Source: Bacillota bacterium (GTDB lineage: Bacteria; Bacillota; Limnochordia; Darwinibacteriales; DTU012). From it: DNA of 64,000 nt. Shown in pieces: positions 39,402 through 50,186 of this stretch. The position numbers and the translations under genes are program-made. The DNA lies in NCBI GenBank assembly GCA_012840925.1, contig DUVS01000029.1:124202-188201 (forward strand). The letters are read 5' to 3'. The notes below the pieces were generated by a model. The model was not told where the DNA came from and made no database searches. It worked only from the letters and a program-made list of their open reading frames with translations. Position 1 is the first letter of the stretch. Each line of letters opens with the position of its first letter.

Positions 39402-40448
39402 TTACTTGCGCCGCAAGAATGCCGGAATGTCCAGATCTTCACTGGTAAAAGGCCTGAGTTCTAGCTCAAGTTCGGCAGGCTTAGCCTCCCGTTCAGTCAC
39501 CTCAAAACCGGTGGCGATGACAGTGACCACAAGTTGATCCTGTAAATCCTCATTGATTACCGCTCCGAAGATGATATTCGCATCAGGATCGGCTGTCTCA
39601 GCCACAATTCCGGCTGCTTCATTGACTTCAAACAAGCTGAGATTAGAACTACCTGACAAGCTGAGCAAGATACCTTTTGCTCCTTTAATGGAAGCTTCCA
39701 AAAGGGGACTGGAGATAGCTTGCTTGGCAGCCTGAACAGCCCGGTCGTCGCCGGATGCTTGTCCAATGCCCATCAAAGCAGAGCCGGCATTGGTCATAAT
39801 GGCTCGCACATCGGCAAAGTCAAGATTAATCAAACCGGGGATCGTTATTAAATCAGATATTCCCTGTACGCCTTGGCGCAAAACATCATCAGCAATACTG
39901 AACGCTTCGAGGATACTAGTCCTTTTTTCAACCACCTGTAAAAGCCGGTCATTGGGAATTGTAATCAAAGTATCAACCTTTGCCTTCAGCATTTCAATTC
40001 CTTTTTCAGCTTGCAGCTGCCGCCTCCGGCCTTCAAAAGAAAAAGGCTTTGTAACAACACCCACAGTTAATGCAGAGCATTCCTTGGCAATCTCAGCAAT
40101 AACGGGTGCTGCACCGGTTCCTGTTCCTCCTCCCATTCCAGCTGTGATGAACACCATATCAGCGCCGTCCAGGACAGCACGAATCTCTTCGCGGCTTTCC
40201 TCTGCAGAACGCTGGCCAATGTCTGGATTGGAACCTGCCCCTAAGCCTTTCGTCAGCTTTTCACCAAGTTGGATCTTATCAGTGGCCTCAGAAAGCAGCA
40301 ATGCTTGAGCATCTGTATTCATTGCAACGAAGTGCACACCTTGAAGATTGGCGCGAATCATGCGATTGACAGCGTTACTGCCTCCTCCGCCAACACCGAC
40401 CACCTTTATATTGGCATACTGGCTACCCTCAAGCTCAAACTCAAACAT
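39402..40448 (-). CDS. ftsZ: Cell division protein FtsZ
   Basis: [15 protein letters not shown] tubulin signature, INLDFAD, C-terminal LDIPAFLRR. Confidence 0.99.
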   Translation of the reverse strand: MFEFELEGSQYANIKVVGVGGGGSNAVNRMIRANLQGVHFVAMNTDAQALLLSEATDKIQLGEKLTKGLGAGSNPDIGQRSAEESREEIRAVLDGADMVFITAGMGGGTGTGAAPVIAEIAKECSALTVGVVTKPFSFEGRRRQLQAEKGIEMLKAKVDTLITIPNDRLLQVVEKRTSILEAFSIADDVLRQGVQGISDLITIPGLINLDFADVRAIMTNAGSALMGIGQASGDDRAVQAAKQAISSPLLEASIKGAKGILLSLSGSSNLSLFEVNEAAGIVAETADPDANIIFGAVINEDLQDQLVVTVIATGFEVTEREAKPAELELELRPFTSEDLDIPAFLRRK

Positions 40449-40550
40449 AAGATCCCCCTTCTCTGCTCCACAAATATATCAATCACGTGCGATTCCGAAA
40501 TTAGCCACGTCTACACTTTTTAGTTCCACATAAAGCTAACATTTTCCTTT

Positions 40551-41213
40551 TTATTCAATAATCACAGGGCTGTTTGTAATCCGCAAATCAATTTTCTTTG
40601 GGATCACTTTTTGTTTGGCCAGTTCTTCCAAAACCAACTCTAGAGTGGCCACCTTGCGGTCAAGCTCACGTAAGCTGCCAAGCAATATCTGTGTTCCCGA
40701 TCTAGTGATGAGAGTCTGTTCTTTACTGTTCCATTCTGAAACATTTTCGTATAAACCGGCTGGCAGTCGTGACAGCAGCCTGGCAACCGAAATCAGGTGT
40801 TCACTTGCCTCCACATCTGCATTTGTTACCAGTGGTAAAGAACCGTAACTGAACCCTCTCGGTGGTGGCAAGAGCACTCCTTCCCTATCCAGCAAAAACC
40901 AACTGTCATTGTTGATGACCAAAGCTATTGGCTGTCTTTCAGTGACCTGGACAGTCAAATGATTGGGCCAGCTCCAGGTGACGTGTGCAGTTTTAACCCA
41001 AACATGGGCGGTGATTTCCTCTTCAAGTGCTTGCTTATCGATTCTGAACACATTGCCTTGAGGTAATTGCGTCTGCTCAAACAGATCGCTTGGGGATAGA
41101 AAAGTCAGTCCAACCCATTCCAGCTCGCCAAGGGCAAAGTAGCCGGAATTCAAGAATGCGTATGTAGCCAAAACGATGATGATGATAATGATAGATATTA
41201 TTCTACGCTGCAT
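40551..41213 (-). CDS. ftsQ: Cell division protein FtsQ/DivIB
   Basis: N-terminal TM, POTRA-like region, WPNHLTVQVTERQP, C-terminal IDLR. Confidence 0.85.
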   Translation of the reverse strand: MQRRIISIIIIIIVLATYAFLNSGYFALGELEWVGLTFLSPSDLFEQTQLPQGNVFRIDKQALEEEITAHVWVKTAHVTWSWPNHLTVQVTERQPIALVINNDSWFLLDREGVLLPPPRGFSYGSLPLVTNADVEASEHLISVARLLSRLPAGLYENVSEWNSKEQTLITRSGTQILLGSLRELDRKVATLELVLEELAKQKVIPKKIDLRITNSPVIIE

Positions 41214-41274
41214 CTGACTCTCCTTCTCCAGCGATCAAAATTCATTCTTGGGGCCGGCAGCAACCAACACTCTG

Positions 41275-42540
41275 TCAGTCACTCTCACCATCCACTTGAA
41301 TGATCTTGGCCCCCACCGCCTGCAGTTTGCCAATCATCTTTTCATATCCGCGCATAATATGCTCTACACCTGCAATTTCTGTCGTACCGTGGGCGGCCAG
41401 CCCTGCTATCACCAATGCCGCCCCAGCCCTCAAGTCCATGGCTCTTACTGATGCCCCAGAAAGTTGTTTAACACCTCTGACAACTGCAGAATTGGAATCC
41501 AGTTGAATATCTGCCCCCATCCTGCGCAGCTCTTCCACATGGCCAAACCGGTGCGAATAGATGGTTTCTTTAATCACACTGCTGCCTTGTGCCAAGGTCA
41601 CCAAACTCATGAACTGTGGCTGCAAATCGGTGGCAAAGCCTGGGTATGGCAAGGTAATTATATTGGCTGGTTGAATATTCCTGCCACCCTCGATCACAAT
41701 TGTGTTTGGCCCAACACTTAAATGGGCATTGGTTTCCTCTAGTTTGCTTAAAAGGACTTGAATATGCTGGGGGATCACGTTTTCCAGTTTAATCTTCCCG
41801 CGGGTCATGGCGGCGGCGATCAGGTAGGTTCCTGCTTCAATCCGATCAGGAATAACGGTATACTCGGCATTGCCTATATGATCCTCCGGCACACCTTCGA
41901 TCACAATCTCACTGGTGCCGGCACCACTGATTTTGGCACCCATCTGATTGAGGAAGTTCTGAACATCGACAATCTCCGGTTCTCTGGCGGCATTGTGGAT
42001 CACAGTCCTGCCTTTGGCCAGAGTAGCAGCCATCATAATGTTTTCGGTAGCACCAACACTGGGAAAGTCCAAGGAGATCTCTTGTCCAATCAGTCTCGAG
42101 CAATGGGCTGTGATATAACCATGCCGTTCGTCGATCACCGCTCCTAAACGTTCCAGGTTTTTAAGGTGCAAATCGATTGGCCGATCACCGATTGCACAGC
42201 CACCTGGTTTGGCAATGCGCACCCTTCCTAATCTGGCCAGCAGCGGCCCCATCACCTGGATGGACGCCCGCATCTCCCGCACCAGTTCCGTTGGTGCCTC
42301 ACCATGGATTTGATCAATATTCAGGGTCAGTACAGAATTTTCAAATCGAGCTTCCACGCCTAGTGCTGACAGCACACCAATCATGGTAAAGACGTCCTTG
42401 ATTTGAGGAACATCGTGGATTACGAAACTGCCTTTACCAAGCAGTGCTGCAGCCATTAGCTTTAATACAGCGTTTTTTGCTCCACTGACACGAATTACAC
42501 CTCTTAGAGGATATCCTCCTTCGATCAACACCTTTTGCAT
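41275..42540 (-). CDS. murA: UDP-N-acetylglucosamine 1-carboxyvinyltransferase
   Basis: SGAKNA, PGGCAIGDRPIDLH, SVGATEN, DRIEAGT, DLRAGAA motifs. Confidence 0.97.
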   Translation of the reverse strand: MQKVLIEGGYPLRGVIRVSGAKNAVLKLMAAALLGKGSFVIHDVPQIKDVFTMIGVLSALGVEARFENSVLTLNIDQIHGEAPTELVREMRASIQVMGPLLARLGRVRIAKPGGCAIGDRPIDLHLKNLERLGAVIDERHGYITAHCSRLIGQEISLDFPSVGATENIMMAATLAKGRTVIHNAAREPEIVDVQNFLNQMGAKISGAGTSEIVIEGVPEDHIGNAEYTVIPDRIEAGTYLIAAAMTRGKIKLENVIPQHIQVLLSKLEETNAHLSVGPNTIVIEGGRNIQPANIITLPYPGFATDLQPQFMSLVTLAQGSSVIKETIYSHRFGHVEELRRMGADIQLDSNSAVVRGVKQLSGASVRAMDLRAGAALVIAGLAAHGTTEIAGVEHIMRGYEKMIGKLQAVGAKIIQVDGESD

Positions 42541-42551
42541 CCCATCACCTC

Positions 42552-42574
42552 GTCAGTGCTTCTTCAGCACTGAC
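42552..42574. other. Hairpin just upstream of the murA ribosome-binding site
   Basis: Perfect 9-bp stem GTCAGTGCT / AGCACTGAC; no U tract, function unknown. Confidence 0.4.
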
Positions 42575-42621
42575 TATAGTATGCAGGTGCTAGAATTTGG
42601 TGAAAGGACGCATAAACAAAT

Positions 42622-43722
42622 CTATGAACGATTCTGCCGCGAGATGTTCAGCAGCACACCGACACTGGCAAGGCTGATTAACAGCGATGACCCTCCGTAA
42701 CTGATGAATGGTAACGTGATTCCGGTAACAGGTAGTGTCCCGGTCACTACCCCGATATTTAACAATGCCTGAAAACCAATAGTTGAAGTCAATCCAATGG
42801 CCAGTAAACTGCCGAATAAATCCGGCGCGTTGAGGGCTATCCGTAAACCACGCCACGCAATTACGAAAAATAAGAGCAATACCAGCATTCCGCCAATAAA
42901 TCCCAGTTCTTCACAGAGGATCGCATAGATAAAATCCGTGTGATGCTCCGGCAGATAAGAGAATTTCTGCCTGCTGTTACCCAGGCCCAAGCCGAAAAAC
43001 CCACCTGAACCAATGGCAGTTAACGATTGGATCACATTCCAGCCGGCTCCCGTGGGATCAGCCCAAGGATCCAGAAAGGCCATTAACCTTTTCATCCGGT
43101 AGGGTTCGAATTTGACCAAATAATAAACGCCTGGAATTGCCAGACACCCCAGAGCCAACAACTGCCCCAAGTGGGCCCCACCGGCGAACAAAATGATGAT
43201 CACCGTGAATGCCATAGTCATTGCGGTGCCAAAATCCGGCTCCTGAATGATCAAACCGCACTGGATGCCCAAGAAAACCAACAGCGGCAGCAGGCCTGTG
43301 AAGAACCTGCGGATACGTCCCCTCTTCGCTGATATGTAAACCGCAGTATAGTTGACCATCGCCAGTTTGGCGACTTCCGAAGGCTGCAGATTGATCAACC
43401 CCAAATCGATCCAGCGTTTTGCGCCCCCAATATCTTCACCGATCAACAACACCAGGATCAGCAGAGCAATAGCAATTAACAAACCCGGCAGTGCCAGGTA
43501 CTGATAAATATGGTAATCTACATTCGCAGCCACATACATCAGCAATAAACCAACCAACGCCCACAAGGTTTGTTTTTTTACATAATAGTGCGGATCGCGA
43601 AAATCATTGATCCCCATCACCGAGGAAGCACTAAAGACCATTACCAGCCCGATGCTCAACAGTACAATCACAGCTGTAAAAACAATCAGATCAATTTTTC
43701 CCTCTTTCGTAAACACCGTCAC
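42622..43722 (-). CDS. ftsW: SEDS glycosyltransferase FtsW/SpoVE
   Basis: GLVMVFSAS, GAKRWI, QPSEVAK, EPDFG, LPEHHTDFI, PFISYGGSS; start moved to GTG 43722. Confidence 0.93.
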   Translation of the reverse strand: MTVFTKEGKIDLIVFTAVIVLLSIGLVMVFSASSVMGINDFRDPHYYVKKQTLWALVGLLLMYVAANVDYHIYQYLALPGLLIAIALLILVLLIGEDIGGAKRWIDLGLINLQPSEVAKLAMVNYTAVYISAKRGRIRRFFTGLLPLLVFLGIQCGLIIQEPDFGTAMTMAFTVIIILFAGGAHLGQLLALGCLAIPGVYYLVKFEPYRMKRLMAFLDPWADPTGAGWNVIQSLTAIGSGGFFGLGLGNSRQKFSYLPEHHTDFIYAILCEELGFIGGMLVLLLFFVIAWRGLRIALNAPDLFGSLLAIGLTSTIGFQALLNIGVVTGTLPVTGITLPFISYGGSSLLISLASVGVLLNISRQNRS

Positions 43723-43754
43723 TTCGATCGCCCCCTCCCCTAATCTATATTCGA

Positions 43755-44735
43755 CTAGAGGACTGCTAACAACCCTACCAGAGCAAAAAATAAACCGATC
43801 AGCCAAAACCGGGCGACAATTTTTGGTTCTTCCCACCCGACCAGCTCAAAATGATGATGCAAAGGTGCCATCTTGAAAAACCGCTTGCCCTTTGTTAAGC
43901 GGAAGTAGACCACTTGAATGATATCAGACAACGTTTCAATTACAAACAGTCCGCCGACAATGGCCAAATGGAAAGGTGTGCGAGTCAGAATTGCCAGAAT
44001 ACCTAAAGCAGCACCTAAGGCTAACGCACCGGTATCACCCATAAAAACCGCTGCCGGGTGGGCATTAAACCAGACAAATCCCAGGCAGGTACCGGCCAGG
44101 CTTCCGGCAAAGACAGCAAGGTCAACACTGCCAAGCAGATAGGCGATCACACCATAGCTGGCTGCAGCAATGGTCACAGATCCTGCTGCCAGCCCATCCA
44201 ATCCATCAGTCAAGTTTACGGCGTTGGTTGTACCGAGCATGACTCCAAGTACCAGAATCACGTATACTGCCACAGGCAGTTCGACGGACATTTCGGTAAA
44301 TGGTATCAAGACTGTCGTACCGATATCAGATCTTGATAATGCATAGAGAGCCACCAGAACCGCAATAAACATCTGGCCAAACAGCTTCTGCCTTGCCTTC
44401 AATCCTAATGAGCGGCGGGTGAGAATGATTAACAAATCATCCAGAAAGCCAATGGCTCCGTAGGCGGCCGTGATAAAGATGGCGAACAACAGATGTGTAC
44501 TGCCCTTCCCTATGATCAACGCGGCTATCACCAGGCCAATAACGATCATAATGCCTCCCATGGTGGGAGTGCCCGCCTTCTGCAAATGCCTTCTGGGCCC
44601 ATCTACCCGGACACTTTGGCCAAACTTCAATTTCGTCAAGTAACGAATCATGCCTGGCCCGATGAAAACTACTATTCCGAATGCAATCAACGCCCCTATT
44701 ATCGGCAAATATACCATTGATCGATCCACTGACAT
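43755..44735 (-). CDS. mraY: Phospho-N-acetylmuramoyl-pentapeptide transferase
   Basis: KAGTPTMGG, NAVNLTDGLDGL, VFMGDTG, MAPLHHHFE motifs. Confidence 0.98.
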   Translation of the reverse strand: MSVDRSMVYLPIIGALIAFGIVVFIGPGMIRYLTKLKFGQSVRVDGPRRHLQKAGTPTMGGIMIVIGLVIAALIIGKGSTHLLFAIFITAAYGAIGFLDDLLIILTRRSLGLKARQKLFGQMFIAVLVALYALSRSDIGTTVLIPFTEMSVELPVAVYVILVLGVMLGTTNAVNLTDGLDGLAAGSVTIAAASYGVIAYLLGSVDLAVFAGSLAGTCLGFVWFNAHPAAVFMGDTGALALGAALGILAILTRTPFHLAIVGGLFVIETLSDIIQVVYFRLTKGKRFFKMAPLHHHFELVGWEEPKIVARFWLIGLFFALVGLLAVL

Positions 44736-46090
44736 TACCTCGCTTTTAAGGCTGCTACCACTTGTTCCAATGCAACAGCACGTGATGCCTTGACCAACAC
44801 CGAATCTTGCCTTTCAACAAATTGATTAAGCTCCACCAGCAATTGCTCCACCGTTGGATATATTCTGATATTGGATGAAGAAAATCCTGCTGATTGGGCA
44901 CCTTTGTTCATCAAATGAGCATTCTTTCCCACAAACACCAATTGATTGCAGACTTGGGCAGCCCAGACTCCCACCTGCTCATGGGCTGAATCCGAGAGAG
45001 ACCCTAATTCATACATATCACCCAGAATGGCTACTTTGCGCCGGTTCCCTGAAATCTGGTCCAGGGTTTCCAGAGCTGTCTGCATTGAAGCAGGGCTGGC
45101 ATTATAGGCATCATTGATAATCAAGACTCCGTCTGAGCTGAATTCGATCTCCAGGCGCATACTGCTTAATTCCGTTTCGGGTAGCGCCTCGATGGCAATT
45201 GAGATTGGAATGCCAAACTGAATGCCAACTCCAATCGCTGCCAGACTGTTATAGACGTTATGAGCACCAGGCACTGGCAGCCTAACCTGATAGACCTGAT
45301 CGTTCCATCTCAAGTCATAACTTACCTTGCCTTGGCCGTCAACGGCAATATTCTCTGCCCGCAGCTGATTTTGGCCATTGCGTCCATAGAACAAGACATG
45401 TTTGGCTTTGGCCGCATGAATGCGGATTAGTGGATCATCGCCATTCAGTACAGCACTGCCGCCGGACCGTAAACCCAGCAGGATCTCAGCTTTGGCCTTG
45501 GCAATATTCTCAATGCTGCCCAACAGCTCCAGGTGCACCGGATATATATTGGTAATCACAGCAACCTGCGGCGGCGCAATCTCTGTCAAATGCCGAATCT
45601 CACCTAATCCGCGCATCCCCATTTCCAGCACTACCACTTCATGCCACGGTTCGATACTCATGATCGTCAAGGGCAAGCCGATCTCGTTATTGTAACTACC
45701 CTGGGTTTTGCACACTTTGTATTTTGCCCCCAGTACGGCAGCTGTGAAATCTTTAGTAGTGGTTTTGCCGTTACTTCCAGTGATGGCCACCACAGGAAGC
45801 CCGATCTTCTCGAGATGTGCTTGAGCCAGTTTTTGCAGAGCAAGCAGCGGATCTTCAACTTCTATGACCCGTTGATCCTGGCCCCAGCCCCGTTTTACCA
45901 CCGCATAACCTCCGGATTTCAACACATCAACTACATAGTGGTGCCCATCGGTCTTGGACCCGGGCAGGGCAAAGAATAGACTGCCAGCAGTTGCCTGGCG
46001 GCTATCGATAATCACTTGCTCGATCTTGGTTTGGTCAGTACTGGGCTTTCCCAATATGGAAGCTGCTTCAGCAAAGGTTAATGGATACAT
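44735..46090 (-). CDS. murF: UDP-MurNAc-tripeptide--D-Ala-D-Ala ligase
   Basis: ITGSNGKTTTK, NNEIGLP, EMGM, DAYNASP, LVKASR motifs. Confidence 0.96.
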   Translation of the reverse strand: MYPLTFAEAASILGKPSTDQTKIEQVIIDSRQATAGSLFFALPGSKTDGHHYVVDVLKSGGYAVVKRGWGQDQRVIEVEDPLLALQKLAQAHLEKIGLPVVAITGSNGKTTTKDFTAAVLGAKYKVCKTQGSYNNEIGLPLTIMSIEPWHEVVVLEMGMRGLGEIRHLTEIAPPQVAVITNIYPVHLELLGSIENIAKAKAEILLGLRSGGSAVLNGDDPLIRIHAAKAKHVLFYGRNGQNQLRAENIAVDGQGKVSYDLRWNDQVYQVRLPVPGAHNVYNSLAAIGVGIQFGIPISIAIEALPETELSSMRLEIEFSSDGVLIINDAYNASPASMQTALETLDQISGNRRKVAILGDMYELGSLSDSAHEQVGVWAAQVCNQLVFVGKNAHLMNKGAQSAGFSSSNIRIYPTVEQLLVELNQFVERQDSVLVKASRAVALEQVVAALKAR

Positions 46091-46093
46091 GGC

Positions 46094-47575
46094 CTATAGC
46101 TCCTTCAATATGCGCCGAGCTTCTGCCCGGTCATCAAAATCGATGGTATGGTCTTTAAATTCCTGATATGTCTCATGCCCTTTTCCGGCAAACACCACCA
46201 CATCTCCTGCCTTGGCCATTCTAATCGCCTTCTCAATGGCTTTGCTGCGGCTGGGCTCAATCACATACTTTAAAGATGTTTTTTGGGCTAATACGGGAAG
46301 CATTCCCTGTTCGATCTCGTGACAGATTCGGACTGGATCCTCACTGCGGGGATTATCGGCAGTTAGAATCACGTAATCACTGAGTTCTGCAGCCACCTTG
46401 CCCATTAAAGGCCTTTTAGCCCGGTCCCGGTCCCCCCCAGCACCAAAGACAGCGATTACCCGATTGTCGGCAAAACTCCGTGCAGTTCGGAGTACATTGG
46501 CCAAACTGTCAGGTGTGTGGGCATAGTCGACGATTACGGCAAAGTCCTGACCCATATCTACCAGTTCAAACCGGCCGGGTACACCGGTCACTTTCTCCAA
46601 TCCGGCTTTGAGATCACTCAATCCAACACCTGCTGCCAGACAAGCTGTACAAGCGGCCAATGTATTGTAGACGTTGAACAATCCCGTGAGGTTGAGGTCC
46701 AGGTCTACATCACCAAACGGTGTATGTAAGCGGTATTGTACACCCTTGCTGCTAACTCGCACATCATTGGCACTAACCTGGGCCGGCTGTTCAATTCCAT
46801 AACTGTAGACCGGAGCTGTGCTGCAGCCAGCCACCTTTAATCCATATGGGTCATCTACATTGATGATCGAAACCTTTCCATCTTTCGCCGGTTCTTGCAT
46901 CAAGCCGGCAAACAGTTTTGCCTTGGCCTGGAAGTAATGCTCAAAACATTGATGAAAATCCAGATGATCCTGGGTCAGATTTGTAAAAACAGCAGTATCA
47001 AATTCCAACCCAGCAGTCCGGTTCAGTTCCAAAGCGTGAGACGATACTTCCATTACCGCATAGTCAAGGTTGTGGGCAATCATTTCAGCCAGTATCGCCT
47101 GGAGATCCAAGGATTCCGGAGTTGTCCGCCGTGCAGGTACTGCCTTGTTGCCGATCAAAATCTGAATGGTTCCAATTAAACCAACGCCGTACCCTGCCTG
47201 TTCCAGGATTGACTTAATCAGATATGTAGTGGTGGTCTTTCCATTCGTGCCCGTAACACCGATTACCCGCAGCCGCCTGCTGGGGTAATTAAAATAAGCA
47301 GCGGCCATCTTGCCCATAGCCGCCCGCGTATCTGAAACCAGGATCTGTGTGATGTCAGGGTCCACGTTCTGGATCTGCTCCACAACTACGGTCACAGCGC
47401 CGTTGGCAATCGCGTCCTTGACATAATTATGGCCATCTGTCTTAAATCCACGGATGGCAAAGAAAAGCTCCCCAGGTTTGATCTTGCGAGAATCATAACT
47501 CAAGCCGGAAATCTCCCGATCGGCTCCAATTAGCTCGCACTCCAGGTTAGCAATTAGTTGAGAGATCTGGACCAT
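46094..47575 (-). CDS. murE: UDP-MurNAc-dipeptide--meso-DAP ligase
   Basis: VTGTNGKTT, EVSSH, DHLDFH, DYAHTPD, DNPR (DAP specificity), AGKGHE. Confidence 0.97.
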   Translation of the reverse strand: MVQISQLIANLECELIGADREISGLSYDSRKIKPGELFFAIRGFKTDGHNYVKDAIANGAVTVVVEQIQNVDPDITQILVSDTRAAMGKMAAAYFNYPSRRLRVIGVTGTNGKTTTTYLIKSILEQAGYGVGLIGTIQILIGNKAVPARRTTPESLDLQAILAEMIAHNLDYAVMEVSSHALELNRTAGLEFDTAVFTNLTQDHLDFHQCFEHYFQAKAKLFAGLMQEPAKDGKVSIINVDDPYGLKVAGCSTAPVYSYGIEQPAQVSANDVRVSSKGVQYRLHTPFGDVDLDLNLTGLFNVYNTLAACTACLAAGVGLSDLKAGLEKVTGVPGRFELVDMGQDFAVIVDYAHTPDSLANVLRTARSFADNRVIAVFGAGGDRDRAKRPLMGKVAAELSDYVILTADNPRSEDPVRICHEIEQGMLPVLAQKTSLKYVIEPSRSKAIEKAIRMAKAGDVVVFAGKGHETYQEFKDHTIDFDDRAEARRILKEL

Positions 47576-47617
47576 GCTTGTTCCCCCTACAGGTCTTGAA
47601 TACCTGGTAATTTCATT

Positions 47618-49717
47618 TTATGGTTGAAACTCAACTTCAATGACCGAACCGATTGGTATTTTCGTTCCCACAGCTGGAGTTTGGCGCACAGCTATCCCAC
47701 TGCCTTTTGGCCGAAACTGCAAGCCCAATTCGTTAACCACTGTGGATACATCCCGCATGCTTTTGCCAATCAAGTTTGGAACAGTAACCATGATTGGTTC
47801 AGATTCCTCATAGAAAAGCAGATTGACTGCAGTCTGCCGCAGTACCCGGCTGCCGGGACTGGGAATCTGATCCCGAACTATCTGGCCTGTATTCAAATGA
47901 TTCGCCAATAAGTGGTTTTCTTTAAGGATCTTTTCCGCCTCAGCAACCGTATAGTTGCGGACATTAGGTACGATGGCCATTGGAGTCGACTCAACAACAG
48001 ACTGTTTTCTAGCCACACCCAGATAGTCGAGGATCTGTTCGGTTACCGTTTGAAACACTGGTGCTGCCAAAACACCTCCGTAACGGATTTCAGTCTGCGG
48101 CTGATACAATACTACCAACACTGCCACTTGAGGGTCGCCAGCCGGTGCAAAACCCACAAAGGAAGCGATCCGTTCATCACCATACCCCCCCTGCATGGGT
48201 ACTTCTGCAGTTCCGGTTTTGCCGGCCACCTCTACTCCGATAATCTTCGCCCTGCTCCCTGAGCCATTGTTTACAGCTGAAATTAGGAATTCAGTCAAAA
48301 GATTGCTCGTTTCAGGCGCAATGGGCTGCCCCACAACTTCCGGTTCTGTCCGTTTGATAATCTTGCCAAATTCGTCGCGAATTTCGGCAACATAATAAGG
48401 CTTCATTATCTTACCATCGTTTGCAATTGCGCTCACTGCCATTAACAGCTGAAGTGGAGTTACGGCAATCCCCTGCCCAAAACCGATGTTGGCCCACTGC
48501 AGTGTCTCGCCATGAGCTATCTGGCCTGGCTTGGGCAGAATTCCCGCTGCTTCACCAGGAAAATCAATTCCCGTTTTCTTACCGTATCCAAAACTGGCTA
48601 AATAGGGATAAAACCGCTCTGGGCCCATTTCAACCGAGAGCTGGGCAAAAATAATATTGTCAGACCTTTCGATCGCTTCTAGGAAAGTAATGTTGCCATT
48701 GCCGTAGATATTGGAACTGCGGACACTACCGCCGCCGACTTCCCACGAAGACCCACTGTAAAACGGCCGGTTGGCGTCTACAATCCCCAGGTCCAGGGCT
48801 GCTGCTGCTGTGAAAATCTTAAATGTTGAACCAGGTTCATACTGATCCGTGATGGCTATATTGCGGCGGTATGCTGAAGGGTAGGCTTGGTAGTTGTTCG
48901 GGTCAAAGGTTGGATAGACAGCATTGGCCAAAATGGCTCCTGTTTTGGGATCCATGACCAGAATAATCCCGGCACTGCTCTGGGATGCATTAACCGCTGT
49001 CTGGAGTTCTTTCTCTGCGATGTACTGAATCGTCATATCGAGGGTAAGGACCAAATCATGGCCATTGGCAGGCGCCAACTTGACTTCAAGGCCTCCTGGA
49101 ATTTTACGCTGAACAGCATCTTTTTCAACTCTAAGGGTGCCTGGAGTACCCTTGAGCAGATGGTCGTAATGGTATTCTATTCCTTCCAACCCCTGATTAT
49201 CAATTCCGGCAATACCAAGCACATGTGCCGCTAAAGACCCTTGGAGATAGAACCGCTGCGGCCGGGTAATCAGGCGGATTCCCGGAATGTTTAGCTGGCG
49301 GATCTCGTTGGCGACCTCGAGGGTAAGCTTTCGGGCCAACCAGAAATTCCTTTGCTTTGCATCGTTTTCCCGAAATAGAGCTTCGATCTCCCCTGCACTC
49401 AGATCCAAAAAGGGGGCTAACTGCTGAGCTGCTTGGTGTGGATCCCGTTCCCGGCTGGGAATAACGTGAATGGAATAGGCATCGATACTCCTGGCTAACA
49501 GCTCGAAGTTGCGGTCATAGATGTTGCCGCGCTGAGGATCAATCAACTCCGGCTGCAAACGTTGTGCTTCAGCCAGATTTGTATATCTGGATTTGCTCCA
49601 CAGCTGTAAATAACCCAACCTCAGACATAACGCGGATGTCAGTAAGGCAAAGAGCACAAACAAGCCGGCACTTCTCCGGTAGATTCGCTTTCTATTGGCC
49701 AATTCTCCCAGCTTCAA
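47618..49717 (-). CDS. Class B penicillin-binding protein with two PASTA domains (SpoVD/FtsI-like)
   Basis: PQRGNIYDRN, EPGSTFK (SxxK), SDN (SxN), GKTGT, C-terminal PASTA repeats. Confidence 0.93.
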   Translation of the reverse strand: MKLGELANRKRIYRRSAGLFVLFALLTSALCLRLGYLQLWSKSRYTNLAEAQRLQPELIDPQRGNIYDRNFELLARSIDAYSIHVIPSRERDPHQAAQQLAPFLDLSAGEIEALFRENDAKQRNFWLARKLTLEVANEIRQLNIPGIRLITRPQRFYLQGSLAAHVLGIAGIDNQGLEGIEYHYDHLLKGTPGTLRVEKDAVQRKIPGGLEVKLAPANGHDLVLTLDMTIQYIAEKELQTAVNASQSSAGIILVMDPKTGAILANAVYPTFDPNNYQAYPSAYRRNIAITDQYEPGSTFKIFTAAAALDLGIVDANRPFYSGSSWEVGGGSVRSSNIYGNGNITFLEAIERSDNIIFAQLSVEMGPERFYPYLASFGYGKKTGIDFPGEAAGILPKPGQIAHGETLQWANIGFGQGIAVTPLQLLMAVSAIANDGKIMKPYYVAEIRDEFGKIIKRTEPEVVGQPIAPETSNLLTEFLISAVNNGSGSRAKIIGVEVAGKTGTAEVPMQGGYGDERIASFVGFAPAGDPQVAVLVVLYQPQTEIRYGGVLAAPVFQTVTEQILDYLGVARKQSVVESTPMAIVPNVRNYTVAEAEKILKENHLLANHLNTGQIVRDQIPSPGSRVLRQTAVNLLFYEESEPIMVTVPNLIGKSMRDVSTVVNELGLQFRPKGSGIAVRQTPAVGTKIPIGSVIEVEFQP

Positions 49718-50186
49718 CTCCTCCTACCGGCAGTAATTGGTTTAACCAGTTGGCAATCTGTGTAAATAGATGGTTGTGTTGATCTTCTTCGACGTCGATC
49801 CATCCTCCTGCATCCGGATTAACGTTCTGCTGGGTATTTAACACTAATACCTGTGTGCCCACGGGATCTACCATCCCCAACTCCTGCCTGGCAACAGCTT
49901 CAATGGTGGTAAGCCGATTAGTTTCCTTAAGTGACAACAAAAGATATTCTTGCTCTTGCTGCAGATCGGCCAACTGCCTTTCCAAAATACCGATCTCCAC
50001 ACTAAGCTGCATGGTCACTACCTGCTGATTGATGTAATAGAATGCAGCACAAACAACCAGCATTGCTGTAAGGCAGATTAATACCGGCAATGGAACGCGC
50101 TTTTTGCGTTTGTAATTACTGGAAGGCAGAGCTGCTGCAATGTCCAGCTCATAGTACTCCAGTTTCAGAGCAGGTTCCATGTTCAT
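49692..50186 (-). CDS. ftsL: Cell division protein FtsL-like
   Basis: TM segment, heptad coiled coil, IEAVARQELGM; located between rsmH and the pbp gene. Confidence 0.8.
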   Translation of the reverse strand: MNMEPALKLEYYELDIAAALPSSNYKRKKRVPLPVLICLTAMLVVCAAFYYINQQVVTMQLSVEIGILERQLADLQQEQEYLLLSLKETNRLTTIEAVARQELGMVDPVGTQVLVLNTQQNVNPDAGGWIDVEEDQHNHLFTQIANWLNQLLPVGGVEAGRIGQ

